Below, piece after piece: positions 23,894 to 37,874 of a stretch of 64,000 nt of DNA (positions are counted from its first letter, which is position 1; the number at the start of each line of letters is the position of its first letter). The translations under genes were made by a program, and so were the position numbers. The DNA is taken from assembly GCA_905178155.1 (NCBI GenBank), contig CAJINV010000003.1, forward strand, positions 10,501,604-10,565,603, in the 5' to 3' direction. The notes under the pieces are model-generated. The model made no database searches, was not told the DNA's origin, and saw nothing but the letters and a program-made list of their open reading frames with translations. The DNA comes from Amoebophrya sp. A120. Its lineage: Eukaryota; Protista; Dinoflagellata.

Positions 23894-26204
23894 TAAGGGC
23901 CATCATGGCATAGTAGCGAGCTCCTGCGTGCAACTTGACATGTGACTACCTGTACAAGTTCAGACACAAGTCCTTCTCGCTGGTATCGTCCACATCGCGC
24001 TCAGAGAAACTACACCCTGCCTGATAACATCACTCCATTGGCCACGACGATATCGTCCAGCACATAACGCTAGACTCCATTGTCGGTGTTCATCCAGCAC
24101 ATAACGCTAGACTGGCGCGCGGCGTTGGTGGTTTTGCATTCATTTTTCGCGGAGATAAAATATTTGAAAAGCACGGCCTAGGCACGAACTCGCTTCACAG
24201 TCGTACGCTTTTTTTTTGCCATCACTTCAGCCGAATGGTCGCCGCTAGTGGTCTTGTCGTCCGTTGTGAGTGTCGGGCTACTATGTGTCGTCCGTTGTGA
24301 GTGTCGGCAGTATGAATCCCAGGCGGTTTTATTATTTTCTTCCGGACCACGGACGACATCCACATCACCTCCGCATTTACACTTCCTTTCCGCACTTCAT
24401 TACCCCGGCCTAGGTACCGTGGCGTCAGCTTCCGCCCTGCATGGTTTATGCGAACTACATCGTGTGTCGGACTAGCCGACTTGCGACCACCTGCCAGGTT
24501 TTCGCACCATCAGAAGTGCGTAACCCGGTCGACCTGCGAAAAAAAAATTACAGAAGCCGACACGATTATTTTTCCGCTCGTGATGATGATCTGCCACAAC
24601 TTCCGCGTGTCGTTTCTGCGAGCAAATATGTGGCGGATTTGTTTCACGACTTCGCTTCCACGCAATGAAATTGCTACAATGAAACTAACAAGTTTGCTTG
24701 GATACGACCGAAGCTGATACATTTAAGTACATGCATCGATTTTTCTTGTTCCGACGAGACGGAGACCGACGAGTAACGAAGCTACCTCTTCTGATAACAA
24801 TGAAAAGCGATGGAGAAAAAGTAAATAAATATAGCAATAGATCACCTTCGCGAAAAAGCAAGAGATTTGCGAAAGAACCAAATCGAAATCTAAACTGAGC
24901 ATGTCCAAATTAATTTTTTCAGAATTTTGTTGATACTTACCAGCGCAGCGTGAAAGAAGGGGTGTGCAAGACTTTCAGTTCCTCTCGTCTGATGTATTTT
25001 TGAGGTAAGCACCGCGCACAGGAGCAAACCAAAACGCAGCGGAGCCGAGGATGAAGTCGAAGTAAATAACGACTATGTTGGGGTTGAGGGAATGATTCTG
25101 TTCGCGCACGAACAAACCACAGGAAGCATATTATTCCCCACCCTGCTGATGTTGTATTAATTTATTCTCGTTGCGTTTCCATGATCTTGATCGCTTCTTC
25201 AATAGCTTTTCGTCGGTGACTGAGAAGTCCTTCGCGTTCGGTTTCGGTCTTCGTCTTCTGCTTTCCCGCGCCGCAAAATTTTTGTTCGTAGTCCTGATGT
25301 CGTCGGTGTGACTGTGACCTCGTATGAGCACTTGCTTTGATTGTCGGTGCATCGTGCCTTGAGCTTGACGATGAATGGTGCTAAAGAGTATCCTTCGCAA
25401 CGTACTACGTAACTCACAGCGTCTCGCTCGGTAGACCGCCGACCTCGTTTCTGTGGCCTTTCATCTCGTCCTCCTCGCGTCGCTTACGCTTTCGACTCGT
25501 ACAAATTCGTGATTTATTATTCATCTTTGTCTTAGTCTTCAATACAGCGTGACGAAAGCACTGACTTCAAGACAGATGCAATATATATGTGCATTAATTG
25601 CAAAAGTAAAACTAAAAGCAATGATGGAAGCCATCTACTACGTACATCACAGTTCCAAGAAGTTCATAATTCCCCGGGTGGATCTAGCTTCGAAACTCGA
25701 CAAAACTAAAACTACTACCACTTGAAGCATATTTGCGTTGTTTCCTTCGTCAGCTATTCCTTTTTTTGAACTAAAAAATAAACGTCCGCGTACTACTTTT
25801 TTGCGAGCCTACGACTTCACCTCCCAAGAAAGTTTTACCACGACTGCAAATACCGCAGCTGCAAGAAGCAAACAAAGTGAAACTGAGGCGACTTTCACTT
25901 TTGCGTGCAATCCAAATACGTGCCAAGGAGGCGTGAAGACTCTCTTACAAGGATTCCAGTAAAAGCCCGTCGCCACAAATAGTAATAGCGTTTTATTATA
26001 TATTTGATCATTCATTCACGTTCACCGAGTTGCAGCTCCGCCTCCGTCTTCTTGCCGTGTTTTCGACCAGCTCGAGCTCCAGCGGCGCACTTTCGAGCAC
26101 TGGGACGTCCCATAACAGTCGACGAGGAGGACGATTGATTCCATTTGTTATAGTAGATCTCGACTTCTCTCCGACACTCGAGTCGTCTTCCAGCAGGCAC
26201 AGCA

Positions 26205-27757
26205 TGTCAAGCGGACCGACTGGTACCACACGGCGCTCCCGAGCGCAACGCCGGAAGCAGCTGCAACGCGAGGAGCTGCAGCAGGCCCAAACTTCTACCG
26301 CTACTGAAGAAGTGCGCGGCAGTGCTACGACCACGTCTACGTCTTCCGGAGCGCCCGGCACCTCCGGGGGCTCGAGCTCTTCCTCTGAAGAAACGGGCAA
26401 CATGAAGATCAACAACACGACCACGACAATTCGCGGGGATCCCCCTGCGCCTGGGCCCAAGCACGAATGGAACGAAACGAAGACTCCGTTGACCGGTCCT
26501 TCTTGCTCGACACCGTTGCAGCTTCAGGGCGGCGCGATGACAAGTGCAGGAAAGAACGATCGTGGGTGGTCTTCTTCCTCAGAGCAGGACGGCTCGTCCT
26601 CGACGACCGCTTTGTTGCCGAAAAATGCGTGTGCTTATCCTGTCGTGCAAAGGTGTCGTATAATTTGTACGTAATTGCTCTTGTTGATAAGTTTGTACTA
26701 CTGCCTGACAAGAAGAAAGCTAAGCAAGACAAACCCAGGTGCTGTCGCTTCTTACTCTTGACGAATGCATCTTCAGCAGTACAACATACCGAATGCTAGT
26801 TGCTTATGCTGGAAAAATTTGCATAAAATACTATGCAACTAGATGAACTTTGTTCTACGTACTACTACCTCGATAGTGCTTTTGCAATGCATAGCGGTGA
26901 TGATGGTGCTCTTTTCGCCGAAGCCCATGCCGACACGGGAAACACAAACGCCGAGGCGTGCGAGGTTCTTGCTGGTGCGGAAACGACCAGTGACAAGATG
27001 GCCTCGAAAACCTTTTCCAGCGGCGCAGATGAAGTGACTGGTATCGACGAGGAAAGCACGACACCCATACATAGCACGAGAAAAAATCGAAGTCCAATTT
27101 GTGTTGCTGTTGCTACATTTGCGCCAAGCAAAATTGGATGCTAATATAGGCTGCCGCAACAGCTTGGATGCTATTTTTTTGTCATGCACAATAAAAGAGA
27201 ATACCAATACACATGCAGTTTCAGTTGCGCTTAGAAGTCACGGGATGGATAGTATGACGGGAAGGAAAGGACTCCTTTCAAAGGAGTTGGGCATCAAAAT
27301 AGTTTCTCTTGCTCAGCATTCCGGATATCGATGCATAACACTACACAGGAATTCGAGATGTTAGAAATGCATGAGCAGCACTTTCGCTGTATTTTTTTTC
27401 CTCCTTTTGTGATATGAGACGGGTGTATTTTTTTGTAGGATAAAAAAAACGGGGGGCCAAATTATACGCAAACGCGTTATTGACAAGAACGCCGACTTGG
27501 GGCCATTGCTGAGCGGGCGCTACGCTTTCTTTATGCTGATTTTGTTGTGTCTCATCGCGCTTTTGGCTACTTCATTCGCCATTTGGGAAATGTGCACCTT
27601 CCGCTTCAATGGTACTGGTATATATTATTATGGCCACCCTGCTGCTGCTCACCTGTTCTCAAGGCTTGAGATAGAAGAGGCTCTTGCACGTCTACTAATA
27701 TTTGTTTGTTTTATTGTATGCCAGGATCAGGAGCAGCGTACTCTTCTTCACGTATAG
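26205..27757 (+). CDS. Hypothetical multi-exon protein, Ser/Thr-rich N-terminus and a predicted TM helix
   Basis: Co-oriented ORFs 26030-26674, 26833-27144 and 27497-27757. Hydrophobic segment YAFFMLILLCLIALLATSFAIW. Exon junctions not resolved. Confidence 0.4.
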
Positions 27758-29060
27758 GAATTATTTTTTTGACTATACTCAATTGGCGCCGTTCATCCTG
27801 TTCGTTCATATAGAAAATTTCAAATTTTCGCTGCTTTCGACACACAAAAGTCAAAAGAAAACAGAAACACCCGGACGCAGAAGAGCATCTTTGGCTATAC
27901 TGCATCTCTAAATCCAGAGTTTTACTGACGTTTCTGCAATCGAATAAGATAGAAGATCAAGATGCAGAGATGAGAGTGCCGGCACAATGTATGAAGACTC
28001 ATAGACAAGACCCGCCGCGACTACTCCTGTAGTAACCCGCGGCACAGCCCGAAAACTACATGAGGCTATGACTTTTGTGAACGTCCACCACATTTATGTC
28101 ACGAATAATATATGTATGCCCGGGCAGCAGCAGGCTAGCGAGCCTGTGAGTCTAGGCTGAGGATGGTCGGGCGGTATTTTATGCCCTGTCCGCCCTCAGC
28201 CCTTTAGTGTGCGGTAGCCAGGACTTGAGAAGATTAGTCAGGACAACCCACCGACTTTCGGGGTGGTATTTGTTTCGCCTGCCCTCCCTCCCAGTTGTTT
28301 CAAGGTGGTTGCGTTACCACGGATGGGCCGCTAAGACCTCGCGCCGCCCTTTTCTTACGGGGTGTGACAGAGGTCCATGTCTTCCATCGCGGGTCAGGTG
28401 CTCCATCTCCCTGGGCGCCTCGGCGACGCGGTGGGGGACTGCTCCCACCGAGCGGTCATCCATTGGGTGGCCCGTCTGCGGTAACTGCATAAAATTACTC
28501 ATCCCATTAACATTATCTCCATCCCATCTTCGCAGGTGACGGAGTGAGCATCCCTTTTCCGAGGCAGAAAAGCGTCGAGACACTTCTAGCTCGCCGTGCT
28601 GCCAACATTCTTCGTGAAAAGGCTGCGCAGCCTCAACCGCAGTATGACTCGCTCGGTGGTGGCGATCTTACCTGTTGCAAGAAATCTGACAGGAACAACT
28701 TGTCAAGAGCATTACGCTACTTAACAAGCCACATTTAAATTAAGACACGAAGATGCAAAGGACCTACGGAAATATGCGTCTAACAGGAGGACTTCTAATC
28801 TAATGATTAGCTGCTTGTGCTGTTTTGTGAGTCATCAATGACATTGACAATGACACGCAGCAGCTGCATCCACAAGAGTGCTGCAGATAGCCAGCAAAAA
28901 TGACGTGCGACGTAGACCAGCGAAAGTAGGAGCGTCAATGCATTCATCATTTTTAATAAACATAGGACAACATCAAACCTCACCAGACAACAGTTGAGAT
29001 TGTAAACACACCTTAGCCAGCCATACGCAGCCCACTGCCGCTGGTGGTTCCGCCCTGGAC

Positions 29061-30044
29061 GTGGCATCGATCGAAAGCGGTGACTCTGCCGTCGTCCACG
29101 ACGAGGACCGTGGCACGACCGGGGACGGGGGGCTGGCTTTTCTGCAGCGTGGCAGAGGCACGACCGCTGAGGACGCGCAGCACGCAACCGCATCATCTCC
29201 AACGGCCTTGGCCTCCTCGACGGGGGAGCACAAGCTCCCTTTGCTCGCCAGGGTGCGCACGCGGCTGGTAAACCTGCTCCCGGAACAGCGCACAAGCGGG
29301 GAGCCGCCGCGCTCCTTCCTGCAGCTGCGGGCTGGAAACGAGATCTTTGAGGACTCGTCCTCTGGGGGGCGCGGTGTGGTCTATGCCTCATCTTCTTCAC
29401 CTGCTTCCTCCGAACAAGTAGCGGCGACTTTGCCGCAGATCAAACCCGTCGCCTTCTTGAGCAGGAGCAACCGGAGAACCACTGCCCTGCCACTAGCCGG
29501 CAGCAGCGACGAAAATTCGGACGCTGCAGGCGCTTACTCTCCTGGAGGTCGTGGGGCTGTCGCCGTTTCCGTTTCGTTTCTACGGAAGGGCCGGGGCGGG
29601 CACGACGTTGCTTCCACGAGCGGGCGCTCCGGAGAGGCCTTCCTGGCGCGCGGCCGTGGCAAGAGGACCAAAGCAGTCACGCCGGAAAAGCCACGGGATC
29701 TCAGCTCCACGACGTCGAAGGTGCAGCATCAACAGCCGCACACCTCTTTCTTGGGCCGAAAGGAGCACAAGCAGGCTCAATGGTCCTCCCATATTGAAAT
29801 TGCGACCGACGGCGACGTGACATTCACGAAAACCGAGCGACCTCTCAGATTTTTAGAGCGCGGCCGCGCGGCAGCCACTCGGGTGGATCAGCAGCACGAG
29901 CAGCTGCAGCAGGGTTCCTTTTTACAAAACAAGAATGTCGCAGAGGAGACGCCGCGGCGCAGCCTCCTCTCGCGCGGCCGGACGGGAAGAGCGACAGCAT
30001 CCAGGAGCATCGAGCCGAAAGGAGGCGTCCTCGCGGAGGAGTGA
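29061..30044 (+). CDS. Hypothetical protein with repeated [AS]FLx(R)(GRG) motifs (probably an internal exon)
   Basis: 327-codon ORF containing AFLQRGRG, SFLQLRAG, AFLSRS, SFLRKGRG, AFLARGRG, SFLGRK, RFLERGR, SFLQNK and SLLSRGR. Confidence 0.6.
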   Translation: MASIESGDSAVVHDEDRGTTGDGGLAFLQRGRGTTAEDAQHATASSPTALASSTGEHKLPLLARVRTRLVNLLPEQRTSGEPPRSFLQLRAGNEIFEDSSSGGRGVVYASSSSPASSEQVAATLPQIKPVAFLSRSNRRTTALPLAGSSDENSDAAGAYSPGGRGAVAVSVSFLRKGRGGHDVASTSGRSGEAFLARGRGKRTKAVTPEKPRDLSSTTSKVQHQQPHTSFLGRKEHKQAQWSSHIEIATDGDVTFTKTERPLRFLERGRAAATRVDQQHEQLQQGSFLQNKNVAEETPRRSLLSRGRTGRATASRSIEPKGGVLAEE

Positions 30045-33000
30045 CCTTGCTTCAAACAAGATGGAAAAATTGGAAGCGCACCTGCAGAGCGGAGATATGG
30101 ATATGGTACGAGCTGCTGCTGCAGCCGGAGAAGACGACGACGAGCCACACGTGCAACACCCACGCAAGAACATTCGTGCGGCGACGTCGATGCAGAAGCT
30201 TTTTCCACCAGCACAACAACGGCGATCAAAACCTCGAAAATGAACTGGAGCATCACGATCAACATGAACAACATTGTATCTATATCAATTTCAATCAGTT
30301 TTATGTTAGTTTTACCCGGTGTTATTCTTATTTTTCCTTCCCCACATAAACGAAAACGAAGCCTGAAGACCATTGACATACCTAATGAAGCACTAGTACA
30401 CGAGGTTTGAGACTAGTTCTTTGCAACGAAGATTTTTGCAGTTTTTATTGTTTACGCCCCCAAGTTCCACTTACTTCATATTTCTACAGCTAGATTTTCT
30501 TTTTCAGTTTTAAGAACCAACCCAGTTTTTCTCCCTACCTAGCGAGCGGGGCGATCGTGCCCAATTCTTTATTTCTCGTTCTACCTAAAGATCGGTATCT
30601 CATTTGCCGTGTTGATTGTTTTCTATTCTTTGGCACTTTACTTTTTGCTTTTTCTACTTTATATATTTTTTGTTATTTTTGTGTACATACTGTCTTTGCT
30701 TTTGCGTCTTACACCTACTTACATTTTCGATTTATTTTGAGTTTTTCACATAGCGACCGCATTTCTCCTTCCACCTTACTAACGAGCGGGTAGCAGACAA
30801 GCAAATGAGCCGAGCTCTTTGTCTGCTCCAGAATATTCTATAGCCCAGAGAGAGGCCTTTTCTCGAGCGACCGCAATGCCTTATCACGCACTTCTGCTCT
30901 AAATACGACATTAGTTGCTGGTCTGAAGCCGTCCTGCGACCGAAACGGAGTGGATGAATCACAACCACCAGGAATGTGTTGTTGCAAGTCGCGTTGGTTA
31001 TGTTTCCGTCTCGTAAGAGCGGGCTGCTGACAAAGCTTGAATAAAAGAAGAAGGCGATCCTGGAAATGACTCTGAGCGTTCGTCGTGAGCGAATAAAAGT
31101 GCTGTCGAGCAGAAAGACTGGGAGGTCAAACAGAGACACCGGCGATAACACGCACTTCTGAGTCTTGCCTCTTGCCAGATCCAACGTGTTTGGCCGTGGT
31201 CTGTAATGTGTTGATTGATTGCCACCCAACCTCAACCATCGAAACAGAGAACAGCACGGACGCTCTCCTACTTACTTTCACCTGTCATTAACATTATCAT
31301 TGGAGGTCATTATCTTCATGAAGACACTATACTATACATCACTATCCGCCCGGACTCCTTGATGAAGTTCCTCACATTGCATCTGGGGTGACTGCAGCTA
31401 GACGGCTGTGTCAGGTGCTAGTCCTTTCTTGCATTCTCAATCTCATTGCTGGGGAAAAAATAAGAACGACTGGCCATGGGTGTCTACTCGCTGGGACGTC
31501 GAGGAGAGCGAGGAGCGGGAGCGGTGTTAGTCAATTAGTGATTGCAAGTGCAATGCAGAGAAGGTAGAAGTATCCTCGTTAGATACCTGCGCCTTGCCGT
31601 GCTGCTTTCGGAGGTGTTGTATATATGAGATACAAGTAGGTATTAGAGAGTCTGAAGCTGCTCATGGTCATGCTCATGGTGCAACTACTTACTCTTTCAA
31701 AATAGCACAATAGGGGTGCATGTGACAAAGGTCCGGCTTGAAGATAACGAGCTTCCTTCGGCCAACAAGTTGTCAGTCACTTCAACAGGAGGGGCTCCTG
31801 TTGCGGTAATCTACATGAATGAATCATTCCATTGCGCCACTGCTGCTGCAGCAGAAGTCGGGTAGACAAATCATGACACCGCACTTGCTGCCTATGGATT
31901 ATGAGTCAGCGGGGAAATCCTCAAAATGTAAACGGGATGTAATGCATGCGCGAGCAGACTGCGACTGGTCAGGTCAGGGTGCGAACTAGTAGCGAAGATG
32001 AAGAAATGCGGACGCGGAGGAATACAAGAAAATCTGAAACTACTTGGCATTTATTTTGACATCTAAAAGTGAACACCGCAACTACACGGCATTTTTGACA
32101 GAAGGATAAGAAAGGTGTAAACTCGAAAAATTTAAAATGAAAGACCACGCATAGAATAGGCGGCCATGTTGAAAGGGGGAGTCGGCGATGGTGTCAGATA
32201 CTGATACCCCGCATGTTGCAACGCGTACTGCGTCGCGCGGAAGTTGCAACATAGGTTGCCGTTTAGATCGGTTTAGCAGCGCAACCGATTTGTATTCATT
32301 TCGATGATTTTCCTACTTTTGGCAGCACTTTCATACTGCCTTTCGACTGTCTGTACCCACAGGACGCGGTAAATGCGTTATTTAAGAAATTGAGAACTCC
32401 GTCGTCCTCGTCTTCGTTAGGAACAGGCAGTGGCGACAAGAAAGGAAGCGCAATTGCGGAGAATTTCGTACGGGAAAGCTCATTCTTCAAGTCGTGCTGC
32501 GACACACTGCCGAAAAGTGATACGGACAATACGGCACTCGATCCAGTGGTCTTCGCTCCCATAAGTATCAGAGATGGGCTTTGGCTATGCCTATGCTTTT
32601 CTTCTCTACTATACTTTTTTGCTTGGTCGTTCTAGAAAAGAAGTTGGATTCCATTACCATTTGAAGGATATCCCGAAAAAGCAGACGAGAAAGCGAATTT
32701 GCCCAAAGGGAGTGCATTCAATTTTTGCATCTTTCTTGCGCCTGCTCTCACTTGTTGCTACGGAGCTTGCACTTCCTTGGCGAGCTGCATGTGAAGCGTC
32801 TAGGTCCACATGATTCGCTTTACCTAATAAAACCCAGATTAGCAGCTGCAGCATTGAAATAGTATGAGGAGTTGAAGATGTGTCGTCCTCCGATACTAGG
32901 TGCTACAACGCACGGGCGTTTGCTATTGCTTCGGAAGTGCCATGATAAAATATGCTCAACAGTCAACCTGCACCAAACCCAAACACCAGATGAGTGCGCA

Positions 33001-33159
33001 TTGGAGGCGATGTTGCAGTATCACAGCGCATGCCTTCGCTACTGCTACGACGTCGGCTTTTCGAGCATCGCAGCGAACTTCGTTTGCTCTTTGTTGGCGT
33101 TTCTGCTGCGGCTCTCCGCGAGGGGACGATCAAGATTGAGTATATCCCATGAACAAAAT

Positions 33160-34261
33160 CCCCCTACCCCGGTTTTTCATCGTTTTTCAAACTATTGAGC
33201 AGGTCTGAAAAAAAAAAAAACGCGACCCGGTCACATGACCCGAGCGTGTGGACCTGAGCGACAGACTCTGTGCACTAGCTAGGGAAAAGGTGGACGATGA
33301 GAAGTGACCTTGTGCACACCAGCCACTTTATCCGAACCATGTGAGATAGCTAGCAACTTTTAGTTTATCAGACATGAGCCATCCGAAATTTGCATATACC
33401 AAAATAGTGCTCATGTCCGAAATCCGTGGATCTCGGATCTCGAGATCAAGTCGAGACCCGAGATCCGCGGACTCTGCGGATCCGAAAACTATTGAGCAGG
33501 TCGAAAAAAGTAAAAACCCGAGCTGCCCAATAGTTTTACTTACAAATGCAAAAACATGACCTCCCTAAACGTGGACCATACCGCGCAAGTTCATACTGCG
33601 CCCCCGAACAAACTTGGGGACTCTGCTGCCATCATGCAGCAGATAGCTTGGTCGAGCCGGTTGCTGAGCATACCACGCATCTTCGTACTGAACCCCCGAC
33701 GGAGAACCGAAATCAACCCAAACCGAAAACCATAGCGATCATTTGTCGTTTTTGTGCTGCGAAAAATGCAGGAAAATCGTCGGGGTAGCTGCCCGAACAT
33801 GCAGCGGAGTGCGATTTTTTTCAAATCAGGCCCATTGCGCCAAAGTGCGCCGCTTTTGTTGATTTTTGCAAATTGTGGGCCGGCTCGTGATTTTTCATTC
33901 CACTTCTAGGGCTGGCCCACCAGAATACTCAGAGCCGGGGCTTCAGAAGTTTGCTGAGCCTTTGGACCCAGATAGTGCAATATTACTAATGGCAGTACTT
34001 TCATACACATGCGCGCTGCGCGAAATTCGGATGGCTCGCGCTTGATAGTTTCCAACTTTCTAGCTATCTCACATGTTTCAAATTAATTAGCTCTTAGTGC
34101 GCAAAGGGTGCTGCTTCATGGTCCACCTCTTCCGCAGCTAGTGCACAGACACAGAGTCTGATGCTCGGGAACCGACGTCGGCATGTGTGAGCAGGTGCCG
34201 AAAAAGAAAAAATCAAACCTGCTCAATAGTTGAAAAAGCGACGAAGTTCCGGGGTAGGGGG
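33160..34261. mobile_element. Non-autonomous long-TIR (foldback/MITE-like) element
   Basis: ~230-bp imperfect TIRs: CCCCCTACCCCGG...TTTTTCAACTATTGAGCAGGT...CAGACTCTGTG...CATGTGAGATAGCTAG...GAGCCATCCGAA, mirrored at 34020-34261. No clear TSD. Confidence 0.85.
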
Positions 34262-34781
34262 AGAAATTTCGTCGAATAGAGTACAGCCCTGCTTTCATTC
34301 ATGTGATTTTATAACAGGTGAGATGCAAGCCTTTACGCCTGTTGTTGCGGTGCACACGCAGAGCGGAAAGCGCAGCAAAGCCAAATGCATCCTGACCACG
34401 CGCATTTGCATTTCTGCACTTGCTTTATGCTCCGACCGATTTTGTACGCATTCTGCCTCTACTAGAGGCACGAGGAAAGATGCGCGAAGAAGACATTGAA
34501 AAAAGAGAAAGAGCTACTAGTTGATCATGCGCATTCTGACAGCGACCGCGCACCCCAAAAGCACTGAAATTCTTTTAATTACAGTATTACAGTGCGTGCA
34601 TCGTCATCATTTTTATTTTTTGCTGCATTAATCAGGTGACGAAAAAACCTAGCCTAAGCCAACGACGTTACCACTAGGGTACCAGGGCAGGCTATTCCTG
34701 CCGCGCGTCGGAGGAGGGAGTTGCGCCGAGCCCCGCTCGAACTAATCACCATCATCATCATCAGGTGACTTCAGTGGAGAT

Positions 34782-37016
34782 TTGCCACTGCAGAAGGAAG
34801 TACTCGTTGCGTATCGCGATGGTCTGCTGGCTTTGTACCGTGACGGAATATTAATTGCGCTTGGAGAGAGCTTGCCGCATATGAGCCTCAGTACATGTTC
34901 TTGTAGACATAGTCGCAGTCGGAGTCGACTCACACGTCTCTTTGTTCAGAACGAATCAAGCGAGACTACAGACTGCAAGTCGCTAGTAAGGGTTTTTAAT
35001 TATGACAAGTGCTCTGTGCAGCTTGTCTAGCACTAGCACTTCAGCTGGGCCGCACGCGGTTCGATATTGTGCACCCAGTCTAGAAACGAATAAACCGACT
35101 GGGTGAGGTCGTGGAGCCCATACATTCTCATTCATCGATAGACGAGAGGAAGGTGGTCTCTTGATATGATGAAATGCGCTCAATGGATTACGATTGGGTG
35201 GGTGGGGCTCCCGAAATGCGCGGCGCGCACTAGCTCTGGAGGGCGGGTGGATTACTCATTTCAGCACGACTTTTCCGAACTGCGGAAGCTCTGCCAGTCC
35301 TGGGCCAGATAACTTAGTTTCTTGCCCTTGTCAAGTTCTCGCTCTTTGGCTCCTCCTTTAGATGATGGCGGGGAACAGATGGAACGACCACAAACCTGAT
35401 ACTTGTGATTAGTGCCTGCGCGCATTTTTCTCCGGAGAACTGCGCTGCAGGGTAGCATCGCTTGCGCGCTCCTCGCGTTCTTCTTTTTCCTCATGCGCAC
35501 ACGACTTGCCAAAGAATTTCAATTTCTGCGCCATGAGCCCAAAAGATGCCTGCAAAGAGCCGCAGACTTGTCCGACTTTTTCACACGTCTGGAGGCGATG
35601 TGTGTGCCTGCGTGTCCTCCGCGGAGGTCCGCTTTCCGTTGATGAGCTTGAGCTCAGCTCTCGGACTCGGGAGCATTTTCAATCTGGTACTGCGCGCGAC
35701 AAGAACATCGAGACTGACTTGCATGGTCATGGAGAGGCGGATATGACTATGAGGAAAAGGGGTGAGTTGTGTCATAGCGTAATTTTAGCGACTCTGGTGC
35801 GGTAAGTTTTTTACGGAATCAAATCTGCGGGGGAGTCCGAGCTTGTTACCACCTATGCTATGCGGAGCCTATTCAAGCACTACAAACTTTACCAGTAGTA
35901 TGAAATTGCGCATCAGTTTTGTTTCGTGATTCGTCCACAGCTCCTACTTTTAGAAGCTCTTGCGTGAGCCGCGCTTAATTCTTACGGTGGCCGCCCACCA
36001 CTGCGACGCACAGTTTGAGGACTTGTCTGGATAATATTTTTTCATCTTCATGCTTATCTTCCACTCCTTCCATTGGTCGTCAGCGTTCGCGATGGAGACA
36101 TGTGGAGGCGTCATGACACCGTCACTGGGTCTTCATGCATAAAAGTGTGTTTGCTTACGCAGTCGATCGCAAGGTATTTTACGTGCCATCAACAATATTT
36201 TGGACTTTTTCGATGCGTGCGCGTCTGAGTCTTCAGATCGAGAGGTCACAAAGCATTGATTTCAATTTAAAGTATTTCGCAGGTGACCACTATGCAAGGT
36301 ATTTCAGCTTCAGTGCGTTGTACGATATGCGAGGGCAAGATGGAGGCCTTCGCCTTCCTATCTTTCGATACTCGCTGCAAAAAAAAGGGTCACTGTGGTG
36401 CAACAACTGCGTCGACGTGAAGGCTCCGTTGCGTAAAGAATGAGCTGGTAGTACGTAGGTGTGCTTATGTGGAGGTAGGTGAAAAGAGATATACTTAACA
36501 CAAAGGATGCAGCTCTCAACAGTTGAAGTTGTTTCAAGGCGTCGCGCAGAAGAATGAGAGTTTCCTCCCAGGGCCAACAGCGTGCGCGCACTGAACAAGG
36601 CGCTACTTTTCATACGTGAGAGCGAGATGACTCTGGAATTTTTTCGTGCGGACCAGCTCCCTGCTAGTGGACCTTGGGAACAGCTGACGGGTCTTCCTAA
36701 CCCCGCAGCAGTACATGCAGCCAACGGCTACCCTGCAGCAGCGTCAGTGGCGGGGCAGCAGGACGAAGTTCAAGTTGGGGAACAAGATGGCGGCGCTGGA
36801 ACGGAAGCCGATCTGAACGCAGCAGGCGCCACGCCTTGTGGGGACAATACGGGAACTTCGCCTCTCGAGAACGCCCGACTGGAGCGGGCTATTCAGCGCG
36901 AACTCAGTGAGATACAGCGTCGCTCGGACAAGATGCTGGCGTTCATAAACGAAACGAAGGAGAATCAGCCGGCTGGTGCTGCGGCGAAGGGTACTTCAGA
37001 TACCAGCGCACAATGA
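34782..37016 (+). CDS. Possible CLAMP-domain (CFAP119/flagellar C1a-like) protein, multi-exon
   Basis: Segments DFFTRLEAMCVPACPPRRSAF and LVTTYAMRSLFKHYKLYQ (cf. YxxxTYFRHYKLYxY), and a C-terminal helix LERAIQRELSEIQRR. Junctions and start unresolved. Confidence 0.45.
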
Positions 37017-37874
37017 CAATCGCGATGAATGAAGAGGAGCATCGGCATCAATTCTGATGAAGAAAGATCGGCAAATATTTGTGCCTGCAGAAACGTTGAA
37101 GAGTGTCCTGGGGTGAGTAACGTAGTTGACCGTTCTGAAGAGCGAAGCCAATAAGAGAGAGGGAGAGCGCAACTAAATTATACCCGCCATCTTGCTGTCT
37201 TTCGATAGCTTGGCGACGATGAAATGTTGTTCACAATTTGAATTTATTAGATTTGTAATCCTCCGCATAGATTGAATGACTATAGCACCTTGGGTACATA
37301 GATTGTGTAGATCATGGCCCCGTGCTTCAGATTCGGAATCAACGCTGTGAAATTTTGTTCTGAGGATAAAGCTGGAAGTGCTACGATCGCGATCTAATGG
37401 TTCTGCAGATCATGTGCCGAGCTTTAAATCTCCGGCAGACTAGGGTCTATCTCCAAGCCTCAGAGCTACTGTCTGGAGAGAGTCAGGATCTTCTCGAAAA
37501 TTCTGATCAATTTATTTATTTCGCAGTCTGTGGATCATGATCGCAAACATTCGCTCTGACATTGTGTATGTGGAGGAAAATTCAAATAGAAACGCGATCT
37601 AAAAAACCGGAGGTCAGAAATGATCGTGAGGCCAGGTTCAGGCGATCTGTGTCGTGTCAGGCGCCGGGAAGCGAATTTTCGGATTAGATCATCATATGAG
37701 CAGTGCTCGGAAAAATCCACCGAGCGCTAGCCCGATGTGCCTACTTGATCTTTGGAAAGCGACATTTTCTTTTGAAGCTGAATTTAAACATTTCTGTTGC
37801 ATATCACTTTTCTTTCAGGGAAACGAAAAGTAAAAGCAGACTTGCATTAGTCATCAACAACATCCTCTTCCAAA

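Noticed and set aside
36555-36557. In-frame TGA suggesting stop-codon reassignment
   Set aside because: RPS17 ends at TGA, other genes end at TAA/TAG, and long exons are free of stops. An unresolved intron is the simpler explanation.
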